A stretch of 64,000 nt of DNA from a virus (IMGVR_UViG_3300009941_000125:31540-95539); one strand, 5' to 3'; shown: positions 1 to 8,488, counted from the stretch's first letter. Notes: generated by a model from the sequence alone, not told the origin. A program made the numbers and translations.

Positions 1-1100
1 TCTATCGTCGGTGGATAAACAATAGTATATTTATCTTTAACTTTCACTTTACTTTCTTTAACCTCCACAGGTTTTTGTACCCTGTTTATATGTTTTAATA
101 ATAATGTTGCTCGATCATACCAAGTATTGTTTTTTATAAATTTTTCAGCAGATTCTGATATTCCTAAAAGATCATCAAAACTTAACTTTATTGCAAACTC
201 TAAAAATGTAACAAATTCTTCTTTTGTATTAGCAACTGCTACTGAAAAGGTTTTTAACCTCTCTGCGATCATCTCATCTATATTAGTAGAAACAATAGGC
301 TTACCCATAGCTAAATACTCATAAAATTTAACAGGAGAAACAGAATCAGTAACTTTGTTTTTAATAAACGGTATCATACATACATTTGAATATGCTAGAT
401 AATTAGGAAGTTCTCTATAGTCTTTAATACCTAAATAGTGAATATTAGGCTGTTTAAACTTTCTAGAACATCTATTATATTCAAATCCAATAAATACGAA
501 CTGTACTTCTGGTAAAGTCTTTGCTACATAATCAATTAACTCATAATCTAACCATTCAGCAATGCATCCGTAATATAAAACTACAGTTTTGTTTCCTTCT
601 TTGATTTTCTCCAAGTCTGAAGGAATAATAAACTCTTTGAGGTTGAAATCTTCTGCAAAAACTCCATTAGGATTAAGATAAACATCTTTTCTCTTTTCCC
701 TAATAGATTCATATAAGTTTTTAGAAGTTGCTTGTATAATTGTTGCATTTTCTATTAACCACTCATGGTTTTGTACTGTATTACTGTGGACGCCAAATAC
801 TTCGATTTCATCGATTACATCATATACAAATCCAATTATGTTTTTATTATGCTGTAGGTAATCTAAACTTGGCTTTAATATTGGACTACTTATATAAGCA
901 ATAATAGTTTCTGAATCATCTATCCTACCTGTATGAGGATATAACCACAGGTTTTTCTCTATCTCTACACAATTAGGAGTTGTTTGATCAATAAAAATAA
1001 CTTTATGACCTTTCCTAGCCAATGCTTTACACATTTGTTGAGGACGCTGTTGCATCCAATTCCATCTTATTAAACTAGGAAAAACTATTGTAGGCTTCAC
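1..1100 (-). CDS. Partial GT1/GT4-family glycosyltransferase; 3' end truncated by the window start.
   Basis: Manual minus-strand translation from GTG at 1098-1100 (preceded by GGAGAAAG) gives >360 aa without a stop. C-terminal motif KFYEYLAMGKPIVSTNIDE is the E-x7-E signature of retaining GT-B transferases. It is absent from the ORF track because no stop codon lies inside the window. Confidence 0.55.
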   Translation of the reverse strand, partial: MKPTIVFPSLIRWNWMQQRPQQMCKALARKGHKVIFIDQTTPNCVEIEKNLWLYPHTGRIDDSETIIAYISSPILKPSLDYLQHNKNIIGFVYDVIDEIEVFGVHSNTVQNHEWLIENATIIQATSKNLYESIREKRKDVYLNPNGVFAEDFNLKEFIIPSDLEKIKEGNKTVVLYYGCIAEWLDYELIDYVAKTLPEVQFVFIGFEYNRCSRKFKQPNIHYLGIKDYRELPNYLAYSNVCMIPFIKNKVTDSVSPVKFYEYLAMGKPIVSTNIDEMIAERLKTFSVAVANTKEEFVTFLEFAIKLSFDDLLGISESAEKFIKNNTWYDRATLLLKHINRVQKPVEVKESKVKVKDKYTIVYPPTI

Positions 1101-1134
1101 TTTACTTTCTCCATTAAAAATATTTTTTGATTGC

Positions 1135-1491
1135 TTAACTACTTAACTCGTCTTTTTCCCATAACGGAGCGTTTATCCGCTTAAAAACTTTACTATTAAA
1201 TTTAACTTTTATAACAGCTTCAATATCTTCTAAACTATTATCATCTTCATATTTAGTAACTTTATGAACCTCTTCAACAGAAATTCTTTTTATTTCTTCA
1301 ATAACAAAAGTATTTTTATCAAGTAGTTTTCCTTCTCTATCAAAACCTTTATATATCTTAATATCATCAATAGCAGGAATTCTATCTACTCCAAGTTTTA
1401 AATACTCAGAATCATTTGAATTAGAAATTAACTCTCTTTCGCCTTCGCCTGGAACGCTAAAACAATATCCGGAATTAAACACATACCTCAT
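1135..1491 (-). CDS. hypothetical protein
   Basis: 118-aa ORF; AGAGGAG RBS upstream; no recognisable motif. Confidence 0.5.
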   Translation of the reverse strand: MRYVFNSGYCFSVPGEGERELISNSNDSEYLKLGVDRIPAIDDIKIYKGFDREGKLLDKNTFVIEEIKRISVEEVHKVTKYEDDNSLEDIEAVIKVKFNSKVFKRINAPLWEKDELSS

Positions 1492-1574
1492 TTAATCAAC
1501 ACTCCTCTTTGCCTTTTTTAGAAAGACCCCGGTTGCAATTTTTTATTTAGCCGACTGCAACCGGAGCCATTAGA

Positions 1575-1790
1575 CTACTTTTTTTCCTCTACTTTAGGTT
1601 CTACCTTTGGGGCTGGAACCTGTGGAGCTTTGGTTTTTTGAACCAAAAAGTTAATCAAATCACTATACAAAATTTTGAATTCTCGACTGACCTGCATCAA
1701 TGCTGCATTAAACATCTCAGAAATAATCTGATCGTCGGACTTCGGAGCTCCTTGCGGCTGACCTTGACCTACATTCTTTTCATCTACCAC
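1575..1790 (-). CDS. hypothetical protein
   Basis: 71-aa ORF in the minus-strand gene array; Pro/Lys-rich tail. Confidence 0.4.
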   Translation of the reverse strand: MVDEKNVGQGQPQGAPKSDDQIISEMFNAALMQVSREFKILYSDLINFLVQKTKAPQVPAPKVEPKVEEKK

Positions 1791-1808
1791 TTAACTTCAC
1801 CTCCGTTT

Positions 1809-2024
1809 TTATTTAGAATTTTTAAGTAACGCGTTTGCGATTGCACCAATAGTGTCTCCACCTTTCTGGATACCTAAGGCAATTAAAACTGTATTTACTG
1901 CACCAGCAACATCTCCTACAGAACATTGACCAGCAGCCACAATGGCGCCAATCACTAGAACTTTAGGAACATCCATTCCAAAAAATTTCATGTTACCTGC
2001 ATAAACTGTTAAAAAGTTTTTCAT
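1809..2024 (-). CDS. Small hydrophobic Gly/Ala-rich protein; possibly membrane.
   Basis: 71 aa with a long GAIVAAG-type hydrophobic stretch. Confidence 0.4.
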   Translation of the reverse strand: MKNFLTVYAGNMKFFGMDVPKVLVIGAIVAAGQCSVGDVAGAVNTVLIALGIQKGGDTIGAIANALLKNSK

Positions 2025-2077
2025 AATTTCTTCAAACCTCCTTGTTTGCGTATTCGCAAATTGTCGGCATCAGAGTG

Positions 2078-2473
2078 TTAATAAATTAACTCAAGAGAAG
2101 ATATAAACGGAATTTCTAATTGGCAAAGAAGTTTTTTAATTCCTTTTGTTATATCTTTTCTATGGTATAAAACTACAGTTTGATTATCTTTAACAAGTAA
2201 TCTTATGTCTCGTGTTTCATTCGTGTAATCAATATTTATATCGTTTTCGCTATTATAAAACATTTGATGTTCATGTCCACTTTGGTCATATATAACAACA
2301 ATCAACTGTTTTTCATTATGTGTTTCTTTGTATCTAACAATACAAGAGTTTTGTATTTCTTTTCCATCTATCTTTAATTCAGTTTTTAACGGCAACCCGT
2401 TTTTAGAAAATAATTCTATTCTTGTGTTCTTTCTTCTTACCACTTTAATTTTTTTATTTTCGTGAGCTTCCAT
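2078..2473 (-). CDS. hypothetical protein
   Basis: 131-aa ORF; no motif recognised. Confidence 0.5.
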   Translation of the reverse strand: MEAHENKKIKVVRRKNTRIELFSKNGLPLKTELKIDGKEIQNSCIVRYKETHNEKQLIVVIYDQSGHEHQMFYNSENDINIDYTNETRDIRLLVKDNQTVVLYHRKDITKGIKKLLCQLEIPFISSLELIY

Positions 2474-2481
2474 TATTAATC

Positions 2482-2700
2482 CTAATTAAAATTCATTCCT
2501 GTTCCGCCGCCCTTTGGAAGAACTATTCCATTGGCTGCTGCTTGTTTCTTATATGCTTCAATCATTAACTCATTTAATTGAGTCAAACAGCATTGTTGAT
2601 CATAATCAGCTTTTTTATATTCTTCCATCAACTTTGACTTTTTCAATTCAAATTGTCCAACTTTTTCTTGTAATTCTTTTGCGTCAAGCTTTTTCTCCAT
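2482..2700 (-). CDS. hypothetical protein
   Basis: 72-aa ORF; coiled-coil-like. Confidence 0.4.
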   Translation of the reverse strand: MEKKLDAKELQEKVGQFELKKSKLMEEYKKADYDQQCCLTQLNELMIEAYKKQAAANGIVLPKGGGTGMNFN

Positions 2701-2896
2701 TTGTCACTACCTCCTTTACTTTATTGACCTCTTTTTCAAGCTCTAAACAACGAAATCTTAATTTATTTCTTTCTGCGGGGCCTTCTACTTTACTTAACCA
2801 AACTAATCTTCCCTTTAACATTTCTTTTGTTTTCTTTTGCTCTTCTTTTCTTCGCTTTTTATACTCTTCGAAACTTTCCTTTTCTTGTCTTTTCAT
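2684..2896 (-). CDS. Hypothetical basic coiled-coil protein.
   Basis: 70-aa K/E-rich ORF. Confidence 0.35.
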   Translation of the reverse strand: MKRQEKESFEEYKKRRKEEQKKTKEMLKGRLVWLSKVEGPAERNKLRFRCLELEKEVNKVKEVVTNGEKA

Positions 2897-2899
2897 AAC

Positions 2900-3187
2900 T
2901 CACCTCAACTTTTTCATATACTTTTCAAAATCATCTAATTCTATTCTTTTTTTTATAACCCCTTTAGGAACAACAAAGTAATCATGATGCTCTAAAGTTC
3001 TTAATGTTTCTGTCTCCTTAATCGGCATTTCAATGGAATGAGAAAGTTTAACAATCTCATCATCTTCCCAAACAACAAAACCTGCTTGACACATATGGGT
3101 TAACCCACCTTCTTCAAATCCCTTATCACCATGTTCTGTAATATCAGTCCAATAAATAATCTCGAGTCTAGGATTTTTTATAAGCAT
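2900..3187 (-). CDS. hypothetical protein
   Basis: 95-aa ORF. Confidence 0.5.
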   Translation of the reverse strand: MLIKNPRLEIIYWTDITEHGDKGFEEGGLTHMCQAGFVVWEDDEIVKLSHSIEMPIKETETLRTLEHHDYFVVPKGVIKKRIELDDFEKYMKKLR

Positions 3188-3334
3188 TTAACACCTTCAT
3201 TTTTTTTATTTTACGGAACCTTTTAGTTTTTTAAAATCAAGCTTTAACTGTTTTGAGAGAGGAACTTCTTTGGTTTTTACCTTTTTAAATGGTTTAATTT
3301 TCCATTTTTTTAAAGTTTCTTTATTTACCATAAA

Positions 3335-3547
3335 CTATTTAATCTCCTTTTTAAGAGGAGCTTTTTTTACTAACGGTGCTTCAACTTTTTTTATTGGTTG
3401 AGTTTTAACTTCTTTTACATTAGCTTTATTAGAAGCAACAGCTTCTTCTAAACTTTTGATTGCTGTATCAAGAATTCTGCGCTGATCTTTTAGTCTTTCT
3501 AAAATTCTTCCTTGTTCCATGTTAATCTTTCTCCTTTTTGATAGCAT
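3335..3547 (-). CDS. Hypothetical protein; true start probably the internal Met at about 3520.
   Basis: 70-aa ORF. AAGGAG precedes the internal ATG (MEQGRIL...), which sits just after the stop of the upstream NrdD C-terminal ORF. Confidence 0.4.
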   Translation of the reverse strand: MLSKRRKINMEQGRILERLKDQRRILDTAIKSLEEAVASNKANVKEVKTQPIKKVEAPLVKKAPLKKEIK

Positions 3548-3683
3548 AACTGCCTTTTTGTCTATCTTTTAATTCTTCTTGTTTTGAAGGAGACCAATTT
3601 TTAATTTTACTAAAATAGCCTACAATCCTACTCATTCCTTCTACATTGGTTGACCCGCAATGGGGACATTTAACTTGTTTCAT
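3522..3683 (-). CDS. nrdD: Anaerobic ribonucleotide reductase NrdD C-terminal fragment with the second zinc-ribbon CxxC and the glycyl-radical motif; a stand-alone 53-aa ORF.
   Basis: Manual translation gives MKQVKCPHCGSTNVEGMSRIVGYFSKIKNWSPSKQEELKDRQKGSYAIKKEKD with strong RBS AAGAAGGAGATAA. CPHC followed by RIVGY...N..KQEEL..R matches the NrdD C-terminus, where E. coli NrdD ends RVCGYLG...NAGKQEEVKRR. Too short for the ORF track. Confidence 0.75.
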   Translation of the reverse strand: MKQVKCPHCGSTNVEGMSRIVGYFSKIKNWSPSKQEELKDRQKGSYAIKKEKD

Positions 3684-3694
3684 TTATCTCCTTC

Positions 3695-4066
3695 TTATTT
3701 ATAATCAATAATATCTATCTGTTCATGATTCCGTGTTATCTCAATCTCGTCATTCAATTCTGTATTTATATACATATACATTCCTAAATAATCGTTATTT
3801 TTAATACTTGTTTCATCTAATATTTGACATATATTCATAAACCAAATAATAGGGGGAAATGCAATGTTAATTTGGTTGTTCTCTTTAACATCTTTTCCTT
3901 CTGGGCTCTTACAAAACTGAATTAAACACATAAATAAAAACGCTAACGTAAAACTTCCTTTTAATTCAAACTTCACTTTAACACCCCTTTTTTTAAATAG
4001 CAGAGATGGGATTCGAACCCATGACCTGTTGGGTTTTAATAAACTTATTAAATTCTTTTTGAACAT
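3695..4066 (-). CDS. Hypothetical protein; the 5' end is doubtful because it overlaps the tRNA 3' half.
   Basis: 123-aa ORF. The first 23 codons run through the tRNA 3' exon and the endonuclease 3' end, so the real start may be the internal Met near 3931. Confidence 0.3.
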   Translation of the reverse strand: MFKKNLISLLKPNRSWVRIPSLLFKKRGVKVKFELKGSFTLAFLFMCLIQFCKSPEGKDVKENNQINIAFPPIIWFMNICQILDETSIKNNDYLGMYMYINTELNDEIEITRNHEQIDIIDYK

Positions 4067-4607
4067 ATTCTTTATCGTTTCCTCTACTTATATCTTTAAT
4101 TGAATAAGGAATATACTCGCTCTTTTTTATTTCTTTAATTTTTATTCTATCTCTATTTTGAACCTGTTTTACAGAATGTGATTTTGTGATCTTTTTATAA
4201 TGCCAAGGACCGTTCCATAAAATTGCTACTTTTTTATTTAAAATAATAACGTCAGCATCCCATCCATTAAACATATTTTTATTAGTCAAAATATTATCTT
4301 TTCCAAAATGCTTGATACACAAATTTGCAAAATGAATCTCATTCTTACTTCTCTTTATATTAACTTTAGATTTTTTTAAAAATAACTCACGAGCAAATCC
4401 ATTTTTCAACCTAAAGGACATGGAACAACTAAGAGAACAGTATGTGTAATGTTTTCTTTTAGCCAAAAATTCTTTTTTACAATTAGGACAAATCTTTTTA
4501 TAACATTTACATAATTTACATTTTACTTTCTTAGGATCTGATCTTTTATTAACTTTAACTAAAATACCACAAATTATACAAGCTACAATTTTATTATTTG
4601 ATTTCAT
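3993..4607 (-). CDS. Free-standing homing endonuclease with an N-terminal Cys-rich zinc ribbon and a C-terminal Vsr/DUF559-like nuclease domain (commonly annotated as HNH-type).
   Basis: 204 aa with RBS AAGGGAG. N-terminus carries CIICG...CKLCKC...CPNC. C-terminus WDADVIILNKKVAILWNGPWH resembles the (A/V)IE(V)DG..H core of Vsr/DUF559 endonucleases. Its last 12 codons read through the tRNA 3' half. Confidence 0.6.
   Translation of the reverse strand: MKSNNKIVACIICGILVKVNKRSDPKKVKCKLCKCYKKICPNCKKEFLAKRKHYTYCSLSCSMSFRLKNGFARELFLKKSKVNIKRSKNEIHFANLCIKHFGKDNILTNKNMFNGWDADVIILNKKVAILWNGPWHYKKITKSHSVKQVQNRDRIKIKEIKKSEYIPYSIKDISRGNDKEYVQKEFNKFIKTQQVMGSNPISAI
3998..4033 (-). tRNA. tRNA(CAU) 3' half: position 38, anticodon-stem 3' strand, variable loop, T-arm and acceptor.
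   Basis: Minus strand reads C-CCAAC-AGGTC-ATGGG-TTCGAAT-CCCAT-CTCTGCT-A, with a canonical T-loop and a 5-nt AGGTC variable loop. It pairs with the 5' half at 4696..4730 in the anticodon stem (GTTGG/CCAAC) and in 6 of 7 acceptor pairs. Confidence 0.5.
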
Positions 4608-4695
4608 CTTAATTCTCCCTTAAGGAATTGTGGGGCTTGGTGTTAAGGCACCATTGAAAGAGTAATTAATTCTTTCTTAGCCCCAATTATATTTT
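4034..4695 (-). mobile_element. Insertion splitting the tRNA(CAU) gene in the anticodon loop; it carries the homing-endonuclease ORF.
   Basis: 662 bp lie between tRNA positions 36/37 and 38. They contain the endonuclease gene and an 88-nt structured leader (TGGGGCT...AGCCCCA inverted repeat). No guanosine directly precedes the 3' exon and there is no room for a group I core. Confidence 0.5.
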
Positions 4696-4730
4696 ATGAA
4701 CCAACTGAGCTGCCACTGCTCCACCCTGCG
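4696..4730 (-). tRNA. tRNA(CAU) 5' half: acceptor 5' strand, D-arm, anticodon-stem 5' strand and UUCAU of the loop.
   Basis: Minus strand reads CGCAGGG-TG-GAGC-AGTGGCA-GCTC-A-GTTGG-TTCAT, with U8, a 4-bp D-stem and a 7-nt D-loop containing GG. It begins at the nucleotide right after the TGA stop of the methyltransferase gene. Confidence 0.5.
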
Positions 4731-5354
4731 TCACTTTTTAGCTTTTAAAAATAACCATCGCTTAGTCTCTGCTAAGTCGTCAATAGAACATTTAAAATAT
4801 TTACTAACTTGTTCTATTAATGACTCTTTAGTGTAATGTCTGAAATGAGATGGGAAACAACAATTCCCATTAGGTACACTAATAAGTATTTGACCACCAT
4901 TCGCTAACACTCTATGGCATTCTTCTAACGTTCTAAATGGATCAGCTACATGCTCTAACGTTTCAGCCATAATAATAGTATCAAAAGAATAATTAGAAAA
5001 AGGTAACTCTTCTGACCATGCTTGGAATAAAGATATTTTCTTTTGAATCTCTAATGGTTCTTTATTAACGGCTTCTTTTGCTTTTTCTATACACTCTGCT
5101 ACAATATCAATTCCTACTATTTCAAAACCTTTTCTTGCGGCAAGCAATTCAACAATTCCATCAGCACATCCAATATCTAAAATCTTACCTGCTAATCTAG
5201 TTATAAACCAACTAATCCTTTTTGTTTCAATACCATTAGGATGAGCTTCTATAAACTCTTTAGCTTTGCTTTGGTATTGTGTATTAAGAGTCTCAACGAG
5301 CTCTTTATCTACAATCTCATCACTACTAAAATCTTTTTTCCAAATATGCTTCAT
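4731..5354 (-). CDS. Class I SAM-dependent methyltransferase.
   Basis: 207 aa with motif I LDIGCADG and post-I EIVGIDI; IIMAETLEHV and GGQILISVPN follow. Confidence 0.75.
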   Translation of the reverse strand: MKHIWKKDFSSDEIVDKELVETLNTQYQSKAKEFIEAHPNGIETKRISWFITRLAGKILDIGCADGIVELLAARKGFEIVGIDIVAECIEKAKEAVNKEPLEIQKKISLFQAWSEELPFSNYSFDTIIMAETLEHVADPFRTLEECHRVLANGGQILISVPNGNCCFPSHFRHYTKESLIEQVSKYFKCSIDDLAETKRWLFLKAKK

Positions 5355-5584
5355 AATAGTTCTTTTTCTGCTATCTTCATAATTGAATACTTTTTATCCC
5401 CAACTACAATTGCTGGCGGATACTGAAAATTATGAAATGTAAATTCCATTAAGCCTTCTGGTTCATCTATTGATAACCATTTGACTGTATATTTATCAGT
5501 CATTTTCTCAAGCTTCTTTCCAATCTCTTTAGCAAGCTTACATTTCTCACAACCAGCTTTAGTAAATATTAAGACGTTTTGCAT
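5351..5584 (-). CDS. Glutaredoxin/NrdH-like thioredoxin-fold protein.
   Basis: 77 aa with CxxC (CEKC) at the N-terminus of a short alpha/beta protein. It sits near nrdG and nrdD. Confidence 0.55.
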   Translation of the reverse strand: MQNVLIFTKAGCEKCKLAKEIGKKLEKMTDKYTVKWLSIDEPEGLMEFTFHNFQYPPAIVVGDKKYSIMKIAEKELL

Positions 5585-5757
5585 AATTCTTTCTCCAAAC
5601 TACTTAAACTTTTTATTGTTTTTCTATAAATAGATCTCAATTCAGGGGTCAATTCATTCATCATTAATCCAATTTCAAACTTTTCTTGTAAATACCAAAT
5701 ATCAGCTATATCAAATTCTCCATTATCAAAAGATTGAGTATACATTGTCGACTTCAC
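5569..5757 (-). CDS. hypothetical protein
   Basis: 62-aa ORF. Confidence 0.3.
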   Translation of the reverse strand: MKSTMYTQSFDNGEFDIADIWYLQEKFEIGLMMNELTPELRSIYRKTIKSLSSLEKELCKTS

Positions 5758-7172
5758 TTCCTTTTATTAACTTGTCCAACTTTACCACTTGAATATCTTC
5801 TAGGCCATTGATCTTTAACCTCTTTTTGAGTCTCTAGTCTTTCGCCCATCTGTTTTAACTTTTCTTTATCTTCTTTTGAAATCTTACCTTGTTTAATATT
5901 GTCATATAAAGATTTATCTATATCTTTTTTTATTTCAACTTTATAGCCAGCTTTCTTTAAAGCACTTTCCACTTTTTTAATATTTTCTATAGTAGGAGTA
6001 AACGTTAAATGAGAAGATCCCCCTCCCTCTCTAAAGTGAACACCTAATTTCTTTCCTAATTCATTAGGATCGGCAAATCCTCTACTATTATCATGAAAAA
6101 TTGTAGCATCATACCAACCATTATTAGCTTTCCAAAAATCGATATCCCCATAAAACCCAATCGGTTTGCCATATAAATCTCTTTTTTCTTCTACAGAAAT
6201 AATAACTGGATATAATTGTTTAGAAACTTCTTTCTTTCTTTTAACAATATTTGTTAATTTATCACTTGAGGCTCTCTCTTTTATTAATCTATGGTGCTCT
6301 TCTTCTAGTTGCTTTAGTTTCTTTTTCAAATCTTCTTTACCTGTTTTGGCAGAAGATTTACGAACAAATACAGGTATTTTTGTAAACCCTAATTCCTTTT
6401 GAGCAATAAACCTATGAATTCCATCCATAATTTCACCATTTTCATCAATTACTATACCTGGTATGTCTCTATCTTGTCCATAAGATTCCATTAAACTAGA
6501 AATTATAGTAATATCTTCATCAAGATTCTTGTAATCACCAATATTATATTCAAAATCTATCATTTCTATTGGAACAATTTTTTGTACAAACTTATCATCT
6601 TTTTTCATATCAAAAATTACATCACTTGATGCTTCTGGTTCTGATTGAATATCTTGAATTTCTTCTGCAGAAAATGTTAAAGAATTATTATCTTCATCGT
6701 TTTTAGCTTCAGAGCCAGCCCAATAAGGTTTGCCTAATTTACTAACTCTTTGGTGTCTCTTTTGAGCTTTCTCAAAGTCATCTCTTTTCTCTATAACCTC
6801 TAAACTCTCTTTGTTTATACCATAATCCTCTGCGAGGGCTCTACGAACAAACTCTGGAACATTTTTAAGATCACCATCAAAATAAAATACTGGTACCATT
6901 TCAGCTTCCAATTCTTTGAGTGCTGCGTATCTGTGATGACCATCTACAAGTCCTCCTTTATCCATAAACAAAGGTTTGATCTCTCCAGTCTCTTGAATTT
7001 CTTTCTTAATCGCGGCTACCTTGCCCGCATCTAAATCTCTATTCACCGAAAAATTAGGCTTAATGTCATCAAGCTTAGACAATCTTTCTTCTATAGTAGG
7101 GTAAAACACCCTACTATTTAAGATTTTATCCTCTAGCGGATTTGTCGATTTAGATATAACTTTTAAAGTCAT
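5754..7172 (-). CDS. Protein with tandem ParB/Srx-like nuclease domains and a HicA-like C-terminal region.
   Basis: 472 aa with two ParB N-domain motifs (GLVDGHHRYAALKEL and IMDGIHRFIAQKELG). The C-terminal GGGSSHLTFTPT...IKK resembles the HicA fold. Confidence 0.6.
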   Translation of the reverse strand: MTLKVISKSTNPLEDKILNSRVFYPTIEERLSKLDDIKPNFSVNRDLDAGKVAAIKKEIQETGEIKPLFMDKGGLVDGHHRYAALKELEAEMVPVFYFDGDLKNVPEFVRRALAEDYGINKESLEVIEKRDDFEKAQKRHQRVSKLGKPYWAGSEAKNDEDNNSLTFSAEEIQDIQSEPEASSDVIFDMKKDDKFVQKIVPIEMIDFEYNIGDYKNLDEDITIISSLMESYGQDRDIPGIVIDENGEIMDGIHRFIAQKELGFTKIPVFVRKSSAKTGKEDLKKKLKQLEEEHHRLIKERASSDKLTNIVKRKKEVSKQLYPVIISVEEKRDLYGKPIGFYGDIDFWKANNGWYDATIFHDNSRGFADPNELGKKLGVHFREGGGSSHLTFTPTIENIKKVESALKKAGYKVEIKKDIDKSLYDNIKQGKISKEDKEKLKQMGERLETQKEVKDQWPRRYSSGKVGQVNKRK

Positions 7173-7173
7173 T

Positions 7174-7527
7174 TTAGTTTACTGTTTGTACCTGTTCTTC
7201 TGATTTTTCTTTCTTAGGATTAGCCGATCTAACAGTAATTACTCTACCTTCGAAATCTTTTTCATTAGCAGCAGCAATAACTTCAGCTTCTTTTCCAAGT
7301 TCAATATCAATAAAACCAAAGCCCCTTGATCTAGCAGTCCCTTTATCTCTTATAATTCTTGTTGAATAAACTTCACAAAACTGTTCGAAAAATTTACCCA
7401 ATTTATATTCGTTAATCTTCCAAGGAATGTTTCCTACATAAACTGTATCACAAGGTTGACTGGTCTCTCCAACCTCCCCATCATAACTTCTTTCAACTTG
7501 ATCTAATTTCATTTTTTCATTTTCCAT
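7174..7527 (-). CDS. RRM-domain RNA-binding protein.
   Basis: 117 aa with RNP-2 VYVGNI and RNP-1 RGFGFIDI at canonical spacing. Confidence 0.75.
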   Translation of the reverse strand: MENEKMKLDQVERSYDGEVGETSQPCDTVYVGNIPWKINEYKLGKFFEQFCEVYSTRIIRDKGTARSRGFGFIDIELGKEAEVIAAANEKDFEGRVITVRSANPKKEKSEEQVQTVN

Positions 7528-7565
7528 TCTTTTATTTTCCCCTTTTTTTTATTTAATAACTCTCA

Positions 7566-8045
7566 TTAAATAGAGATGTTATCTTCATCGGTGGAATCAG
7601 TCTCGGTGCTATTAGGTCCCGATACGGATTCTTCTTTTTCTTCTGAAGCGACTTGATCAACCGTATCTTCAACGGGTGTATTTGTTGCTTCTTCAACTTC
7701 TTGATTTTCCTCTTCTGCTGGACTTTCTTCTTCTGTACTCTCAATCTCAACCGTTTCTTCTTCCGGCGTAATGATCTTTTCTGCTTCCTCAACATTACTT
7801 TCGTCAATATATTCAACAGCTTTTTCTTTAAACGGCTCTGGAACTTCATATTGTTCTGTAGGTTTACATTGCACACTAGTTGATACCTCCTCGACTTGTT
7901 CATCAAAACTTTCAATTGCAGTTAATAAAATTCTAACTAAAGTATCTGTAGGAAATTTTCTGATGCATTTTCTTTTACCATTCTCTTTCTTTTCCCATAA
8001 TTTTAAGAACCCTTTTGATTTGCTATAAGAAACTTCGTAACTCAT
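7566..8045 (-). CDS. Hypothetical protein with a highly acidic C-terminal tail.
   Basis: 159 aa with a basic N-terminus and an E/D-rich C-terminus. The overlapping K/R-rich 120-aa ORF at 7553..7915 in another frame is treated as an artefact. Confidence 0.45.
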   Translation of the reverse strand: MSYEVSYSKSKGFLKLWEKKENGKRKCIRKFPTDTLVRILLTAIESFDEQVEEVSTSVQCKPTEQYEVPEPFKEKAVEYIDESNVEEAEKIITPEEETVEIESTEEESPAEEENQEVEEATNTPVEDTVDQVASEEKEESVSGPNSTETDSTDEDNISI

Positions 8046-8476
8046 TCACTATCCTCCTCTTTTTCAAGTTGAATATACACTCCAATTTCTTGCTTAACTG
8101 GTTTATCCTTACTTATATCAACTATCTTTGTTGGATTATCAATTCTAATTCCATGCATAGATATTGTTTCACCAACACAACCACCAACACTATAGTGATA
8201 ATAAAAAATTTCGTTTAAATATTTTTCAATTTTATTAATCCAATTTTTAATTATCTTAGGTAGGAATAATAAAACCTCTAGACATTTAACTTTAAAATCC
8301 AACCAAATTAAACTTGCAGCATCCTCAATTGGTCGTTTTCTTTCAATTTTTTCAGATGAAATATCCTTTTCTTTTGTTTCAAATACTAAAAAATATTTAA
8401 GTGGTTTTTTATTTTCTTTTTCCCACTCATCATCTATTATAACCGCAATACCATTTTCGACATTAACTCTCATCAT
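8042..8476 (-). CDS. hypothetical protein
   Basis: 144-aa ORF. Confidence 0.45.
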   Translation of the reverse strand: MMRVNVENGIAVIIDDEWEKENKKPLKYFLVFETKEKDISSEKIERKRPIEDAASLIWLDFKVKCLEVLLFLPKIIKNWINKIEKYLNEIFYYHYSVGGCVGETISMHGIRIDNPTKIVDISKDKPVKQEIGVYIQLEKEEDSE

Positions 8477-8488
8477 GACAACTCCTCT

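Noticed and set aside
2514-2981. The 155-aa plus-strand ORF, and every other plus-strand ORF in the track (for example 127..324, 5241..5426, 7653..8028, 15988..16533, 42335..43278, 45676..46117).
   Set aside because: Each lies antisense inside a better minus-strand gene, has a low-complexity F/L/I/S composition typical of translated antisense AT-rich DNA, and lacks an RBS. The whole window is transcribed on the minus strand.
3998-4090. A complete tRNA ending at the strong T-arm/acceptor signal near 4000.
   Set aside because: No D-arm or anticodon arm can be folded in the 60 nt upstream. The matching 5' half is instead found 660 bp away at 4696..4730.
4034-4695. Group I intron in the tRNA(CAU) anticodon loop.
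   Set aside because: There is no guanosine immediately 5' of the 3' exon, and only about 88 nt of non-ORF sequence remains. That is too little for P3-P9 core elements.
7553-7915. 120-aa K/R-rich minus-strand ORF.
   Set aside because: It is an alternative frame of the acidic 159-aa ORF, and its poly-Lys/Arg composition comes from AAG/AAA runs. I kept the longer acidic frame.
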